A stretch of 64,000 nucleotides of DNA, from contig JANOQI010000062.1 of assembly GCA_031414775.1 (NCBI GenBank), positions 1 to 64,000 on the forward strand, read 5' to 3'. Positions 1-9,743 of this stretch are shown in pieces (the stretch's first letter is position 1; each line of letters opens with the position of its first letter). The position numbers and the translations under genes are program-made. This DNA comes from Synechococcales cyanobacterium VAR_4_metabat_354. Its GTDB lineage: Bacteria; Cyanobacteriota; Cyanobacteriia; Cyanobacteriales; Chamaesiphonaceae. Under the pieces are notes generated by a model. That model saw only the letters and a program-made list of their open reading frames with translations. It was not told where the DNA came from and did not search any database.

Positions 1-51
1 AGTCCTCGCACACCGCGCTGCTTACCTCAATGGATTGCTCTCTCTAAAAAT

Positions 52-141
52 TTGACATACTCCCCAGGCACTGTCACTGGAGATAAATTTCCCGAATTCA
101 CTGGCTTTTAATTTTCTCTAGAAAAAGATGACATGCTCCCG
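52..141 (-). mobile_element. IS200/IS605-like right-end remnant(s)
   Basis: Minus strand reads CTCCAGTGACAGTGCCTGGGGAGTATGTCAA (hairpin followed by TCAA), with a second GGGAGCATGTCA at ~141-129. This resembles cyanobacterial IS605/tnpB right ends. No transposase seen. Confidence 0.4.
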
Positions 142-267
142 ATCTTGTTTGCCTTAATGGGCAATACAAATATAAATAATATGCTCAGGAATTAATTTAG
201 GGAGAATAGTCTCTAGCACATTTTTCATCGAAGGTTCTTCTAGTAAAAAAATCAGGTCATAACTCAT
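133..267 (-). pseudogene. DUF4276-family (TOPRIM-like) protein, truncated
   Basis: ATG overlaps the ATPase stop (TAATG). Reads MSYDLIFLLEEPSMKNVLETILPKLIPEHIIYICIAH*GKQD, with an in-frame TAA at 154-156. Family resemblance ends shortly after. Confidence 0.7.
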
Positions 268-1451
268 TAGGGCGCGACTCCTTCAAACCAGCCTTGATTC
301 CAGAGATATCCAGGTAAATCTCCTGCTTTTACTAGGTTGTTGAGGGTTTCGTTATCACTGGCTCGAAAAATTTTGGTAATGCCTTGTACTTTGGTCAACC
401 AGAAAATACTTTCTAGCGACACAGCATTAAGAAAGTCAGGGGAGTGGGTAGACACAAAGACTTGTCCGCCTCTGTGGGCATAGCTGGCAAATTCTTCAGC
501 GAGTTCGTGGAGCAAACTAGGATAAAGTTGATTTTCAGGTTCTTCGACGCATAGTAAAGGATGGGGTTTAGGATCGAAGAGCAGAATTAAATAGGCAAAC
601 ATTTTCATGGTGCCATCCGAAACATAGCGATCAATGAAGGGATCTTTAAAGGCTTGATCTTGAAATTTGAGGATTAGTCTACCGTCTTCTGTTTCTTTTG
701 CTTCTACTTTAGAAACACCAGGGACTCTTTCTTTCATTCTGTTAAGAATGGCTTGAAAAATATCAGGATGATTTTGAAAAATATACTGGGCAACAACTGC
801 CATATTATCGCCCGTAGGGGAAAGGTGTTCGGCATAATCTATATCCTTGCTGCCTCTAGCATCGCTGATATGAAAGTCAGAAACATGCCAATTTTCGATC
901 AGGGCACGAAAGGCACTAGCGGCTTTGAAGCGTTGAAATTGACCCAGCCCTTTAATCGCTAAAATATCACTAGATTCAAGTTGTTGTTCTTCCCGTTTTA
1001 ATTCTTCGTCAGTTTGTTCAAAGTTTTCTTCATTGGTGATGGCGTAACCTTTTCCTTTCTGAAAGTCTAAAAAGTGATATGGAGAACCGTATTCACCCCG
1101 CTTATACCGGAGGACTTCTTTTATGACTAGGGGTCGTCCTTTCTCTTGTCCAATGACTAAAATATAAGTGACGAGGCGTTCTGTTTCCAGAATTGTCATC
1201 CGAAATTTCAGTTCTATTTCGATATTTTCTTTTTCTTTGCCTCTGGTGACGACTTCATTAAATCCGCCTCGGATCTGAAGAGCTTGCCGAATATTATTTT
1301 TTAGGGCATCACGCAGAAAACCAAAAATATCGAATAGGGTAGATTTACCTGTACCATTGGCTCCGATGATGACGCAAAAGGCTGGAATATCTTTGATTTC
1401 TAGGGATTCAAAGACTCGATAATTTTTAATTTTTATAGAAACGATTTTCAT
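267..1451 (-). CDS. AAA_21/AAA_15-type ABC-like ATPase (DUF4276-associated, putative defence)
   Basis: Walker A GANGTGKS, SDGT signature, Walker B CVEEPEN, STHS H-loop. Confidence 0.85.
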   Translation of the reverse strand: MKIVSIKIKNYRVFESLEIKDIPAFCVIIGANGTGKSTLFDIFGFLRDALKNNIRQALQIRGGFNEVVTRGKEKENIEIELKFRMTILETERLVTYILVIGQEKGRPLVIKEVLRYKRGEYGSPYHFLDFQKGKGYAITNEENFEQTDEELKREEQQLESSDILAIKGLGQFQRFKAASAFRALIENWHVSDFHISDARGSKDIDYAEHLSPTGDNMAVVAQYIFQNHPDIFQAILNRMKERVPGVSKVEAKETEDGRLILKFQDQAFKDPFIDRYVSDGTMKMFAYLILLFDPKPHPLLCVEEPENQLYPSLLHELAEEFASYAHRGGQVFVSTHSPDFLNAVSLESIFWLTKVQGITKIFRASDNETLNNLVKAGDLPGYLWNQGWFEGVAP

Positions 1452-1479
1452 AACTAAATCTGCCTTGAAAAGAAGATGT

Positions 1480-1527
1480 TCAGGAATCGATCAGATTTTG
1501 TTCTAGTTCTAGTTCGGATTGAGTCAT
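1480..1527 (-). pseudogene. hsdR-like 5' stub
   Basis: MTQSELELEQNLIDS*, similar to the stub at 2309 and to type I HsdR N-termini. Confidence 0.55.
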
Positions 1528-1530
1528 GAT

Positions 1531-1947
1531 TTATAGATCTGGCATGATGACCGAAATATTTTGGTTGCGGTGTTTGCGATAGATTTGAAAATCGCTATCT
1601 AGGGTCAGCACGGGGATATCCCCATGAATTTCGCTCATTCTGACTAAACAGGCATCGGCTAGGGACATCGGGACTGAAGTATAGCGTTGCATCAGACTTT
1701 CGATCGCTTCAATTTCTTGGTTGAGGGTAAAGGGAATGGTGATATGTCCTTGTTTGATTAATTTCAAGATGGTTTCTTGCCCGTGATGAATTCTTTGAGC
1801 CAAAAAGCAAGCTTCAGTAATCACGGCTTCATTAGTAATTACCGGAACCGTGATTTGGGAAAATTGAGCGACCGCCCAAGGATGAAATTTATCTTTGGGC
1901 ATGAGGAAGGCGATTAAGACTCCGGTGTCGAGAATAATCGATCTCAT
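1531..1947 (-). CDS. vapC: PIN-domain toxin (VapC family)
   Basis: ILDTGVL start, EAVITEA, SLADACL, TLDSDF motifs. Confidence 0.85.
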   Translation of the reverse strand: MRSIILDTGVLIAFLMPKDKFHPWAVAQFSQITVPVITNEAVITEACFLAQRIHHGQETILKLIKQGHITIPFTLNQEIEAIESLMQRYTSVPMSLADACLVRMSEIHGDIPVLTLDSDFQIYRKHRNQNISVIMPDL

Positions 1948-2183
1948 TATTTACCGAATCCTGCTAGGTATTGGGGATTGTGGGAAAGATCTTCGATGTC
2001 GCTATCTAGACAACCGACAAATTCATGGGCTGCTGTGGCAAAGGATGTCTGTTCGGGCTGAGTTGGGGTCGAAGTAGCTTGATTAGATTGGAATTCTAAG
2101 AACTCAATAAACTCAATCACTTTATTTCGGGTTTCGGGGGGGAATTGTTGGATTTTTTGGATCGCCATTTCAATCGTTAGCAT
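1947..2183 (-). CDS. DUF2281-like antitoxin
   Basis: 78 aa with VIEFIEFL motif; its stop overlaps the PIN toxin start. Confidence 0.7.
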   Translation of the reverse strand: MLTIEMAIQKIQQFPPETRNKVIEFIEFLEFQSNQATSTPTQPEQTSFATAAHEFVGCLDSDIEDLSHNPQYLAGFGK

Positions 2184-2219
2184 GGTTTTTAAGGGGTTGC
2201 TTTCTTTAATTTTAACAAT

Positions 2220-2309
2220 TTATACAAAAATTTTCTGGAGCAAGCCTTTTTTAAATTGTTCAGTTCGATCGATCAGATTTCGCTATAGTTCTTGTTCCGA
2301 TTGAGTCAT
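2220..2309 (-). pseudogene. Chimeric hsdR-5'/hsdS-3' stub
   Basis: MTQSEQEL*RNL-IDR-TEQFKKGLLQKIFV*. The first half matches the 1527 stub; the second half matches the hsdS end at 3081-3134. Confidence 0.75.
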
Positions 2310-2312
2310 AAT

Positions 2313-2633
2313 TTATTCTCGATTGTCGCTGAGTAAAACTGGTTCTAGATCGGGCAATCTAATAATAATTTCGATCGTTCCTCCCAAAGCATTGACAACA
2401 GATCGAAGTGTATTTAATTCTAGATTCGGTCGGTGTTCGAGCTTTGATATGGCTGGCTGCTGCACTTCTAGCCGCTCTGCAAGTTCTGCTTGAGATAAGC
2501 CGAGCTTTTTCCTCAAATGTTTTAGGGTTAGTTCTTCCAGACGAATTTGCTCGGTTCTGGCGGCGATCTCTTGTTGTCGCTCTGTGGATAAAGCTTTTAA
2601 TTCTTCCGATAGGGTTGTATATTTAGGTTTCAA
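2313..2633 (-). CDS. higA: XRE-family HTH antitoxin (HigA-like)
   Basis: LRKKLGLSQAELAERLEVQQPAISKLE HTH; TTG start at 2633 overlaps the toxin TGA. Confidence 0.8.
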   Translation of the reverse strand: MKPKYTTLSEELKALSTERQQEIAARTEQIRLEELTLKHLRKKLGLSQAELAERLEVQQPAISKLEHRPNLELNTLRSVVNALGGTIEIIIRLPDLEPVLLSDNRE

Positions 2634-2983
2634 TTTTCTTCCTCCAATGTCTCTAGATATGTTTGGTATCGTTGTTCGCCGATGGGAATATTTTCTATAT
2701 ACCATCGGTTGTTACCTGTTTTGTTGCCGCCAATTAGTAAAACTGCTTGTCTTTTGGGGTCAAATACAAATAAAATTCGCCAAGGTTCTCCCTGATATTG
2801 AATCCTTAGCTCTTTCAGGTTAGCGATCGTCGAACCATTGAGGGTATCAACTCTGGGTCTGCCCAACATCGGGCCAGATTCTTCCAAGATTTGAATGACG
2901 GCAAATGCCTCATTTTGAAACCCCTGCTCCTGTTCGTAAAACCACAGCCTAAAATTTGGATCGAAGATTACAGTCCATTGCAT
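2630..2983 (-). CDS. higB: RelE/HigB-family toxin (Gp49-like)
   Basis: GPMLGRPRVDTLNGS..NLKELR..WRILFVFDPKRQAVLLIGGNK; toxin-first order. Confidence 0.85.
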   Translation of the reverse strand: MQWTVIFDPNFRLWFYEQEQGFQNEAFAVIQILEESGPMLGRPRVDTLNGSTIANLKELRIQYQGEPWRILFVFDPKRQAVLLIGGNKTGNNRWYIENIPIGEQRYQTYLETLEEEN

Positions 2984-3080
2984 ATATCTATTTTATTCTA
3001 TAAATGGAATGTTTGGGGCAGGGATAAGGTCGGGTATGCGATCTCAATGGGCAATGCCCCAATCTCCCACTCTTAAAGAT

Positions 3081-3619
3081 TTACACAAACATTTTTTGCA
3101 GCAAGCCTTTTTTAAATTGTTCTGTCCGATCGATCTGTTGGGCAACTGCTTCGATCTTTTTATCGATCGCTGTTAAAAAATTAGCTATTTTATCTTGCTC
3201 TTCTTTTGATGGGATAGAGAGTTTTACAGTAGCAATATCATCTTGACCAATTGTCGTCATTGTCCCTGTTTTTCCACGAGTAATACAAGCCATTCGGTAT
3301 CAGATGAATCGTTTGCTCTACAAGCTACTGCGTGTTCTGAAATAAATGCTTTTCCACTAGTACGATTGATGTTCCCGCATAGTGCACCTTGCCGACCGAT
3401 TAAAAAATAAAAACCATCATGAGTAAAATTCTCCGTATATCCTCTTAACCCATTTCCCCCAAATACTGGATAAGTGCCATGTTCATTTATATCGTCAGAA
3501 GTAATACCAAAACCGCTTTTAAAATCTGAGAATAGTTTTTCTAATCTTTTTTCTTGCCAATTACCTTCAAATTCAGAAAACCTTAACTCAGGAACACTTT
3601 TATTTAACTTCTTATTCAT
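3081..3619 (-). pseudogene. hsdS: Type I R-M specificity subunit, internally deleted and frameshifted
   Basis: VPELRFSEF N-terminus and EQDKIANFL..KKGLLQKMFV C-terminus lie in two frames and span only ~540 nt. Confidence 0.85.
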
Positions 3620-5217
3620 ACAGGCGACTCAATCCCCAACTCATCACAAAAAGCCCTAATCGTCTCATCAATCCCCACCATATCTCGATCGATCTGCCGT
3701 AACTCGATCGCCACAGCCCCCAGATCGATCTTTTCCTCCTCCTCAAAGGTATCCACATAGCGAGGAATATTTAGATTAAAATCATTCTCCTTAATCTCCT
3801 CTAACTTTGCCCGACGACTATATTTATCCTCCTCAAGCCGTTCCCGATAGGTCGAAATAATCTTCGCTACATCCTCATCCCGCAAAAATTCTGATTCTTT
3901 GCCTTCTCAAAATGGGCACTCGCATCAATAAACAGCACATCCTCCGGCTGCTCTCGGCACTTCTTCAATACCAGAATACAAGTTGGGATACTCGTCCCAT
4001 AAAATATATTCGCAGGTAATCCAATCACCCCATCCAACCAATTCCGCTCTTGGATTAGATACTGGCGGATATGCTCCGCCGCGAAATAACACCCCGTGGG
4101 GCAATACCACCGCCATCGTGCCATTTTCATCTAGATGGTGGAGCATGTGCTGTACAAACGCAAAATCAGCCTTAGAAGCTGGAGCTAATCGACCATATTG
4201 ACTAAACCGATCGTCCGACTCAAACAGCTTATTTGCGCTCCACTGTGCCGAAAATGGTGGATTGGCTACCACCGCTTCAAACCGCTTCCCCTCATGCTGC
4301 GGATGCTCTAAGGTATCCTCCTGCTTGAGATCGAAATTCCGATAATGCACCCCATGCAAAATCATATTCATCCGCGCTAAGTTGTAGGTCGTGCGGTTCA
4401 TCTCCTGCCCGTAGAAATCCCCGACAGACTCGACTTCTCGCGCCACTCGTAGCAATAGCGAACCCGATCCACAAGTTGGATCGTAAACCGACTTCAGCCG
4501 ATCCTTACCTGTGGTGACAATCTGCGCCAATACCTTAGAAACCTGCTGCGGCGTGTAAAATTCTCCCGCCTTCTTCCCCGCACCGCTGGCAAACTGCCCG
4601 ATCAGATACTCATAGGCATCCCCCAGTACATCGCTTTCCGAATCATCCAAGCGAAAGTCGATCTTATTCAGATGCACCAAAATCTTCGCAATTAGGGCAT
4701 TTTTCGCCTTCGGAGTCCGCCCCAGCTTCGTCGAAGTCAGATCCAGATCCTCAAATAAGTGGTCGAAATCCTCCTCGCTTTCATTGCCCATTGTCGAGCG
4801 TTCGATATTATTCAGAACCTCTGTCAAATCTCCCAAGATAAAGATCGAACTCTGTTCTAAGTCCTCGTCACTAATCTCGCCTTTGTCTGTCTCCACCTTA
4901 TTGCCTAACGCCCGTTGAGCCAGGGAACCAAACAACTCAGACGGCTTGAGAAAATAACCCAATTCCGAGATCGATTCCTCCGCGACTGCCGCTAGATATT
5001 CTTGCCCATGTGGTGACGACTCATCGATTGCTAGAAAATCAATCCCATCCTCAGCTAAGATGCCGTTGGCGAACAGATGCTGACGCTCCGAAAGGTATTT
5101 ATAGAAAATAAACCCCAAGCAGTAATCTCGAAACTAATCGGCATTCATCTTGCCCCGCAGCGAGTCAGCAATATTCCAAAGTTGAGTTTCTAATTGTTTC
5201 TTTTGGTCGTTCGTCAT
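3616..5217 (-). pseudogene. hsdM: Type I R-M methyltransferase subunit, disrupted
   Basis: MTNDQKKQLETQLWNIADSLRGKMNAD* (TAG at 5134-5136). DPTCGSG and NPPF motifs present. Frameshifts near 4075 and 3885. Confidence 0.9.
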
Positions 5218-5582
5218 TTATCTCTCGTACTAGGCGATCGCGGAGCTTCCCCCTTGGGGAATCGTCACACTAATCATAGATACTTGTCCAGAGTACAACA
5301 GTATAAGCCCAAGAATGAGCCTAAATTATTTGACGCACAACTAATTATCTGGGGGTATCTTTCAAGCCCAGAGTTAAGTTGAATCTATGCCCTTCAAGGC
5401 ACCATCTCAATCGCAGAGATGCGCCTTTTTTTTCTATGTACATTAGGGTCAGAATGGGGCTAACTCACTTACCCAAACAAACCTTAACAGCGGTGCTGAA
5501 ATCCATATTTACAGCACTGCAAAGCTGTCTAAGAAACGGTTTGTTTCCCAAAAAGCTTCTATAGCAGTCTTTCCACGGACTA

Positions 5583-5654
5583 AGCCCTCGATGAGGCTTG
5601 AACTCATGACCTCTTCATTACCAATGAAGTGCTCTACCACTGAGCTACAAGGGC
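5583..5654 (-). tRNA. trnT: tRNA-Thr(GGT)
   Basis: GCCCTTGTAGCTCAGTGGTAGAGC...CTTCA-TTGGTAA-TGAAG...GTTCAAG cloverleaf. Confidence 0.95.
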
Positions 5655-5661
5655 GAAACAG

Positions 5662-5689
5662 GAACGTCTTAGGTTAACCTAAGACGTTC
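5662..5689. repeat. 28-bp perfect palindrome in the tRNA spacer
   Basis: GAACGTCTTAGGTT|AACCTAAGACGTTC. Confidence 0.85.
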
Positions 5690-5706
5690 TATTTATCTTT
5701 CGTGAA

Positions 5707-5789
5707 TGGGCCGAGTTGGATTTGAACCAACGTACGGGAACCCGAGCAGATTTACAGTCTGCCGCCTTTAACCACTCGGCCATCGACCC
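5707..5789 (-). tRNA. trnY: tRNA-Tyr(GTA)
   Basis: GGGTCGATGGCCGAGTGGTTAAAGGCGGCAGACTGTAAATCTGC, long variable arm, GTTCAAATCC. Confidence 0.95.
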
Positions 5790-5849
5790 GTGTCACTCAC
5801 GATTTACAATCCTAACACGATTATTGCTGAATCCCAAGCTTTTTGGCAA

Positions 5850-6320
5850 TTATTTTTTGATCGTAGCCAATAAACCACCACAGGCATCTACCAATAGATC
5901 GATTACATGGGTAAAACCGTCAACGCCACCGTAGTAAGGATCGGGCACCTCTTGATCGGAATGTTGGCTGGCATAAGTACACATCATTTGCACTTTATCG
6001 GCGTATTTCCCTTGGGGGTCTAGCGATCGAATGTCTCGATAATTTTCTTTATCCATCGCCAAAATCAGGTCAAAATTTTCAAAATCCGCCGCTGTAAAAG
6101 CTCTGGCCTCGCCCACCATTGGAATGCCCTTTTCTTTAGCGGCCGCTTGCATTCGTCGATCGGGTGAATTCCCAAGGTGGTAGCTGTTAGTACCAGCCGA
6201 ATCACAAACAATCTTACCAGCAGGCATGTCAGCTTCTTGCACCAAGTAATTCATGATGTTTTCAGCAGCAGGCGATCGACAGATATTTCCCAAACAGACG
6301 AACAGTAGCTTAGTTGTCAT
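5850..6320 (-). CDS. ptpA: Low-molecular-weight protein-tyrosine phosphatase
   Basis: CLGNICRS P-loop, DPYY motif. Confidence 0.9.
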   Translation of the reverse strand: MTTKLLFVCLGNICRSPAAENIMNYLVQEADMPAGKIVCDSAGTNSYHLGNSPDRRMQAAAKEKGIPMVGEARAFTAADFENFDLILAMDKENYRDIRSLDPQGKYADKVQMMCTYASQHSDQEVPDPYYGGVDGFTHVIDLLVDACGGLLATIKK

Positions 6321-6438
6321 ATGTTTTCCCAACAGTTTTTCCAAACAAAAAAATTCTCAAAACAAAGATGGACGTTCCAGCCTTGAATTAGCCAGTCGTC
6401 CACCATATCATCAGCAAATTATCGATGCCAGCAGTATC

Positions 6439-6786
6439 TTAAGACAAGCCCGGAATATTCAAACCAGCAGTCAGTGATTCCATCCGCTCCCGCATTGTTT
6501 CGGTAGATTGTTCATAAGCATCGGTCATTGCGGCCATTACCAACGCCGAAAGTTCATCGGCGCTCTTACTCATGGCATCGGGCTGAATAACCACGCTGCG
6601 TGGCTCTTGGTTACCACTGAGCGTCACTACGACCAAACCATCAGCAGAAGAGATTTCCATCTGCTCTAGTTCTTCTTGCAACTTTTTAGCATCTTCTTGC
6701 ACCTGTTGTGCTTTTTTGAAGGCATCGGCTAACTCTTTCATTTTGCCTAAACCGAAGCCGCCACCAAATCCTTTACCTTGTGTCAT
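6439..6786 (-). CDS. ybaB: YbaB/EbfC nucleoid-associated protein
   Basis: [30 protein letters not shown]. Confidence 0.9.
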   Translation of the reverse strand: MTQGKGFGGGFGLGKMKELADAFKKAQQVQEDAKKLQEELEQMEISSADGLVVVTLSGNQEPRSVVIQPDAMSKSADELSALVMAAMTDAYEQSTETMRERMESLTAGLNIPGLS

Positions 6787-6849
6787 ATATCTACTCAGTT
6801 GAAATCTTTAATTGATCTTACAGGAGTTCGACCCCACCCTAGAGTACCC

Positions 6850-7779
6850 CTAAGGTGCGGGAAACTCACCCAGCATTTTTACTTCCGCTTCTAGCTCGAC
6901 TGCACAATGCTCCCGCACTCGATCGCGGACATAATTAATCAAGTTAAAAATATCAGCAGCAGTGGCTCCGCCGCGATTCAAAATAAAGTTAGCGTGGAGT
7001 TCGGATACCTCGGCACCACCAATGCGGTAACCCTTCAGTCCCAAATCTTCAATTAGCTTGGCCGAGTACTGGGGCAACGGATTGCGGAAAACACTGCCGC
7101 AACTAGGCTGGTCGTAAGGCTGGCTGGTATGCCGCCGTTCTAAGTCTTTTTGGGTTTTACTAATTACTGCTGCCGCGTTCTCCGCCGCTTGTAGCTGTAA
7201 AGTGGCAGAAATAACCAGTTGGTCGCCATCTTGCAGATTAGAGTGCCGATAGCTGTATTCCAATGCTGCTGGTAGTAAGTCTACTATCTCGCCAGCACTA
7301 GTCAAAAGTTGAGTACGCACCAAGACTTCTTGAGTGCTGCTGCCGTGGGCACCAGCATTCATGACAACTGCGCCGCCCACCGTACCAGGTATACCAGCGG
7401 CCCATTCCAAACCAGTCCAGCCCTTGCGAGCGGCTTGCCAAGCTAAACTCCCAATCATTTTGCCAGCGCCCACCTTAATCTGATGAGTATCAAGATCAAA
7501 CTCGGTTTCTAACCAGCGCAAATGGCGGGTGGCGATAACCAATCCGGGTAAGCCTTGATCGCTAATCAGCAAATTAGAGCCAGCGCCTAAAAAGGTGATC
7601 GGTAAACCTTGATTTTTTGCCCAGGAAATGGCAAATTGCGCTTCGGAAAGGGTGACTGGTTCAATCAGCCACTCAGCTAAACCACCTACTTTCCAGGTAG
7701 TAAAGTTGGCCAACGAGACTTGAGGACGGATATTGGGGGGAGTCACTACACTAGCACCGAAAGTATGCGGAAGAGTCAT
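6850..7779 (-). CDS. murB: UDP-N-acetylmuramate dehydrogenase
   Basis: GAGSNLL, GIPGTVGGAVVMNAGA, PSCGSVFRNP, HANFI. Confidence 0.95.
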   Translation of the reverse strand: MTLPHTFGASVVTPPNIRPQVSLANFTTWKVGGLAEWLIEPVTLSEAQFAISWAKNQGLPITFLGAGSNLLISDQGLPGLVIATRHLRWLETEFDLDTHQIKVGAGKMIGSLAWQAARKGWTGLEWAAGIPGTVGGAVVMNAGAHGSSTQEVLVRTQLLTSAGEIVDLLPAALEYSYRHSNLQDGDQLVISATLQLQAAENAAAVISKTQKDLERRHTSQPYDQPSCGSVFRNPLPQYSAKLIEDLGLKGYRIGGAEVSELHANFILNRGGATAADIFNLINYVRDRVREHCAVELEAEVKMLGEFPAP

Positions 7780-7789
7780 GGAAGATTGA

Positions 7790-9169
7790 TTATTGATAGA
7801 ATTTCATCACGTCAGAAATGGTCTGGTTCAGATTGCCAGCGCCTAAGAACAGTGCCATATCGCCAGGTTGTAAATTGTTCTGCATGAACTGGGTGACTTC
7901 AGGCAATGTCGCGCAGTAGTAAACATTAGGATTGAATTTTTTGATGGCTGCGACCACTTGTTCGCCAGTAATTTGCCCATTATTTGGTTCACCAGCACTA
8001 TAGATATCAGTGATAATCACTACATCAGCATCGGTAAAGCACTCTGCAAATTCTTGCAAGAAGGTGAGAGTGCGGCTGTAGCGATGGGGTTGAAAAGCTG
8101 CAATGACGCGCTGGGGTGCTTGTATTTGCAGCTTGGCCGCAGCCAGAGTTACTAATATTTCACTAGGATGGTGGGCATAGTCATCAATAAACTTGATGTT
8201 TTGATAGGTGCCGCGGAGTTCAAAACGTCGTTTCGCACCGGTAAATTTACTCAGGGCTTCTACAATCACAGCGAATTCTACGTTCAATAAGCGGGCGACA
8301 GCTACGGCTCCCAAAGCATTGCTGAGGTTGTGTTCGCCCAATACCTGCAACTTTAAGGTGCCTAGTAAGGTGCCCCGCTCATAGATTTGAGTGGTAGTAC
8401 CGTGGGCATGATACTTAATGTCGGTGGCGGTATAGTCAGCTGTGCTGCTCGTGTTCAGGCCATAGCTAATTTGCGGTTTGATTTCGGTAGTCACTAGCGG
8501 GCAATCGATCGAACCAATTACTGTTTTACACTGACTCGCAAAAGTTTGGAAGGTCTTAATCACGGCTTCCAAACTACCATAATGGTCGGTATGATCTAGT
8601 TCAATATTGGTAATCACCCCGATCTGCGGTTTGTGCTTGGTTAAAGAACCATCCGATTCATCAGCTTCTGCGACTAAATAATCGGTGGCACCAGTGCGGG
8701 CATTACCATCCCAGGTGCTGACTTCCCCACCCACAATAATCGTGGGGTCGAGTCCAGCTTCCACCAAAATGCAGCCTACCATGCTACTTGTAGTGGTCTT
8801 ACCATGGGTACCAGCTACTGCAATACTGTTAGATTCTGCAATGAGCGCGGCTAGCACGTCCGATCGATGCCAGATTTCGCAGCCCTTGGCCAGCGCAGCG
8901 GCTAACTCGGCGTTGCTTTTGTTAATGGCAGTAGAACAAATTATCTGGGGCAGTTGGTCACCAAAAAATTCGATATTAGCAGCGGTTTGCTCCATAAAAA
9001 CCTTAACGCCGACAGATTCTAGTCGATCGACAATATTAGTACGTCGCAGGTCGGAGCCAGACACTGGTAACTGTCGTCGAGCTAGCACGTAGGCCAACGC
9101 CGACATGCCAATTCCCCCTACTCCAATAAAATGGATCGGGCGACCGTTGAAATCTATAGACTTACCCAT
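7790..9169 (-). CDS. murC: UDP-N-acetylmuramate--L-alanine ligase
   Basis: GVGGIGMS, GTHGKTTT, EADESDGS, DDYAHHP, FQPHRYSR. Confidence 0.95.
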   Translation of the reverse strand: MGKSIDFNGRPIHFIGVGGIGMSALAYVLARRQLPVSGSDLRRTNIVDRLESVGVKVFMEQTAANIEFFGDQLPQIICSTAINKSNAELAAALAKGCEIWHRSDVLAALIAESNSIAVAGTHGKTTTSSMVGCILVEAGLDPTIIVGGEVSTWDGNARTGATDYLVAEADESDGSLTKHKPQIGVITNIELDHTDHYGSLEAVIKTFQTFASQCKTVIGSIDCPLVTTEIKPQISYGLNTSSTADYTATDIKYHAHGTTTQIYERGTLLGTLKLQVLGEHNLSNALGAVAVARLLNVEFAVIVEALSKFTGAKRRFELRGTYQNIKFIDDYAHHPSEILVTLAAAKLQIQAPQRVIAAFQPHRYSRTLTFLQEFAECFTDADVVIITDIYSAGEPNNGQITGEQVVAAIKKFNPNVYYCATLPEVTQFMQNNLQPGDMALFLGAGNLNQTISDVMKFYQ

Positions 9170-9250
9170 GTGTTACATTCCCCGTTCGCCAACCGATGGC
9201 ACAACTCAGCTTCAGGCGTAATAATACCAATAAATAAGCGTCTGTAGAAC

Positions 9251-9286
9251 AGCGACCAGCAAAATATAGTAATTTTGCTGGTCGCT
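9251..9286 (-). terminator. Hairpin downstream of ssrA
   Basis: AGCGACCAGCAAAAT...ATTTTGCTGGTCGCT inverted repeat. Confidence 0.65.
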
Positions 9287-9308
9287 AATGTTCTGGTAGA
9301 AATTGTAG

Positions 9309-9702
9309 TGGAGCTGGGCAGAGTCGAACTGCCGTCCGCCTTAGGTATTTACTTTCCGCTCGTTCACAGGTTTAGCCCTTCTAATCCTTGGGGCGGGAGA
9401 AATCCATTATCCCGGATCACAGGATTCTTTGATGAATCTTAGCTAGGCAGCCTACCAAAGACGGCTAAATAGAGCATCCGTTGGGGGTTATCTATAGTAT
9501 TTAACGGAGTCATACTATAAATGCTCGGACTCAGAAATTAATCTTAAGTGTTTTTAAGCAGCTACAGGAGCGGCTTTACGAGCGAAAGGTACAATGTTGT
9601 TTGCATCTATGTTTATTTGAGCCGATATTTACGAGAGTGGACTCCCTCTCGACCTGAATCACAGTGCAGCTTTCGCTAACACGTCGAAACCTTTACAGCC
9701 CC
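9309..9702 (-). ncRNA. ssrA: tmRNA
   Basis: 5' GGGGCTGTAAAGGTTTCGAC and 3' GTTCGACTCTGCCCAGCTCCA; tag ANNIVPFARKAAPVAA* at 9604-9554. Confidence 0.97.
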
Positions 9703-9743
9703 ATGCTGTACCCTGATTATAGCGAATTACTCGGCGAACAGCA

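Noticed and set aside
5400..5580. Possible att/arm sequence next to tRNA-Thr
   Set aside because: No second copy or integrase in the window to support it.
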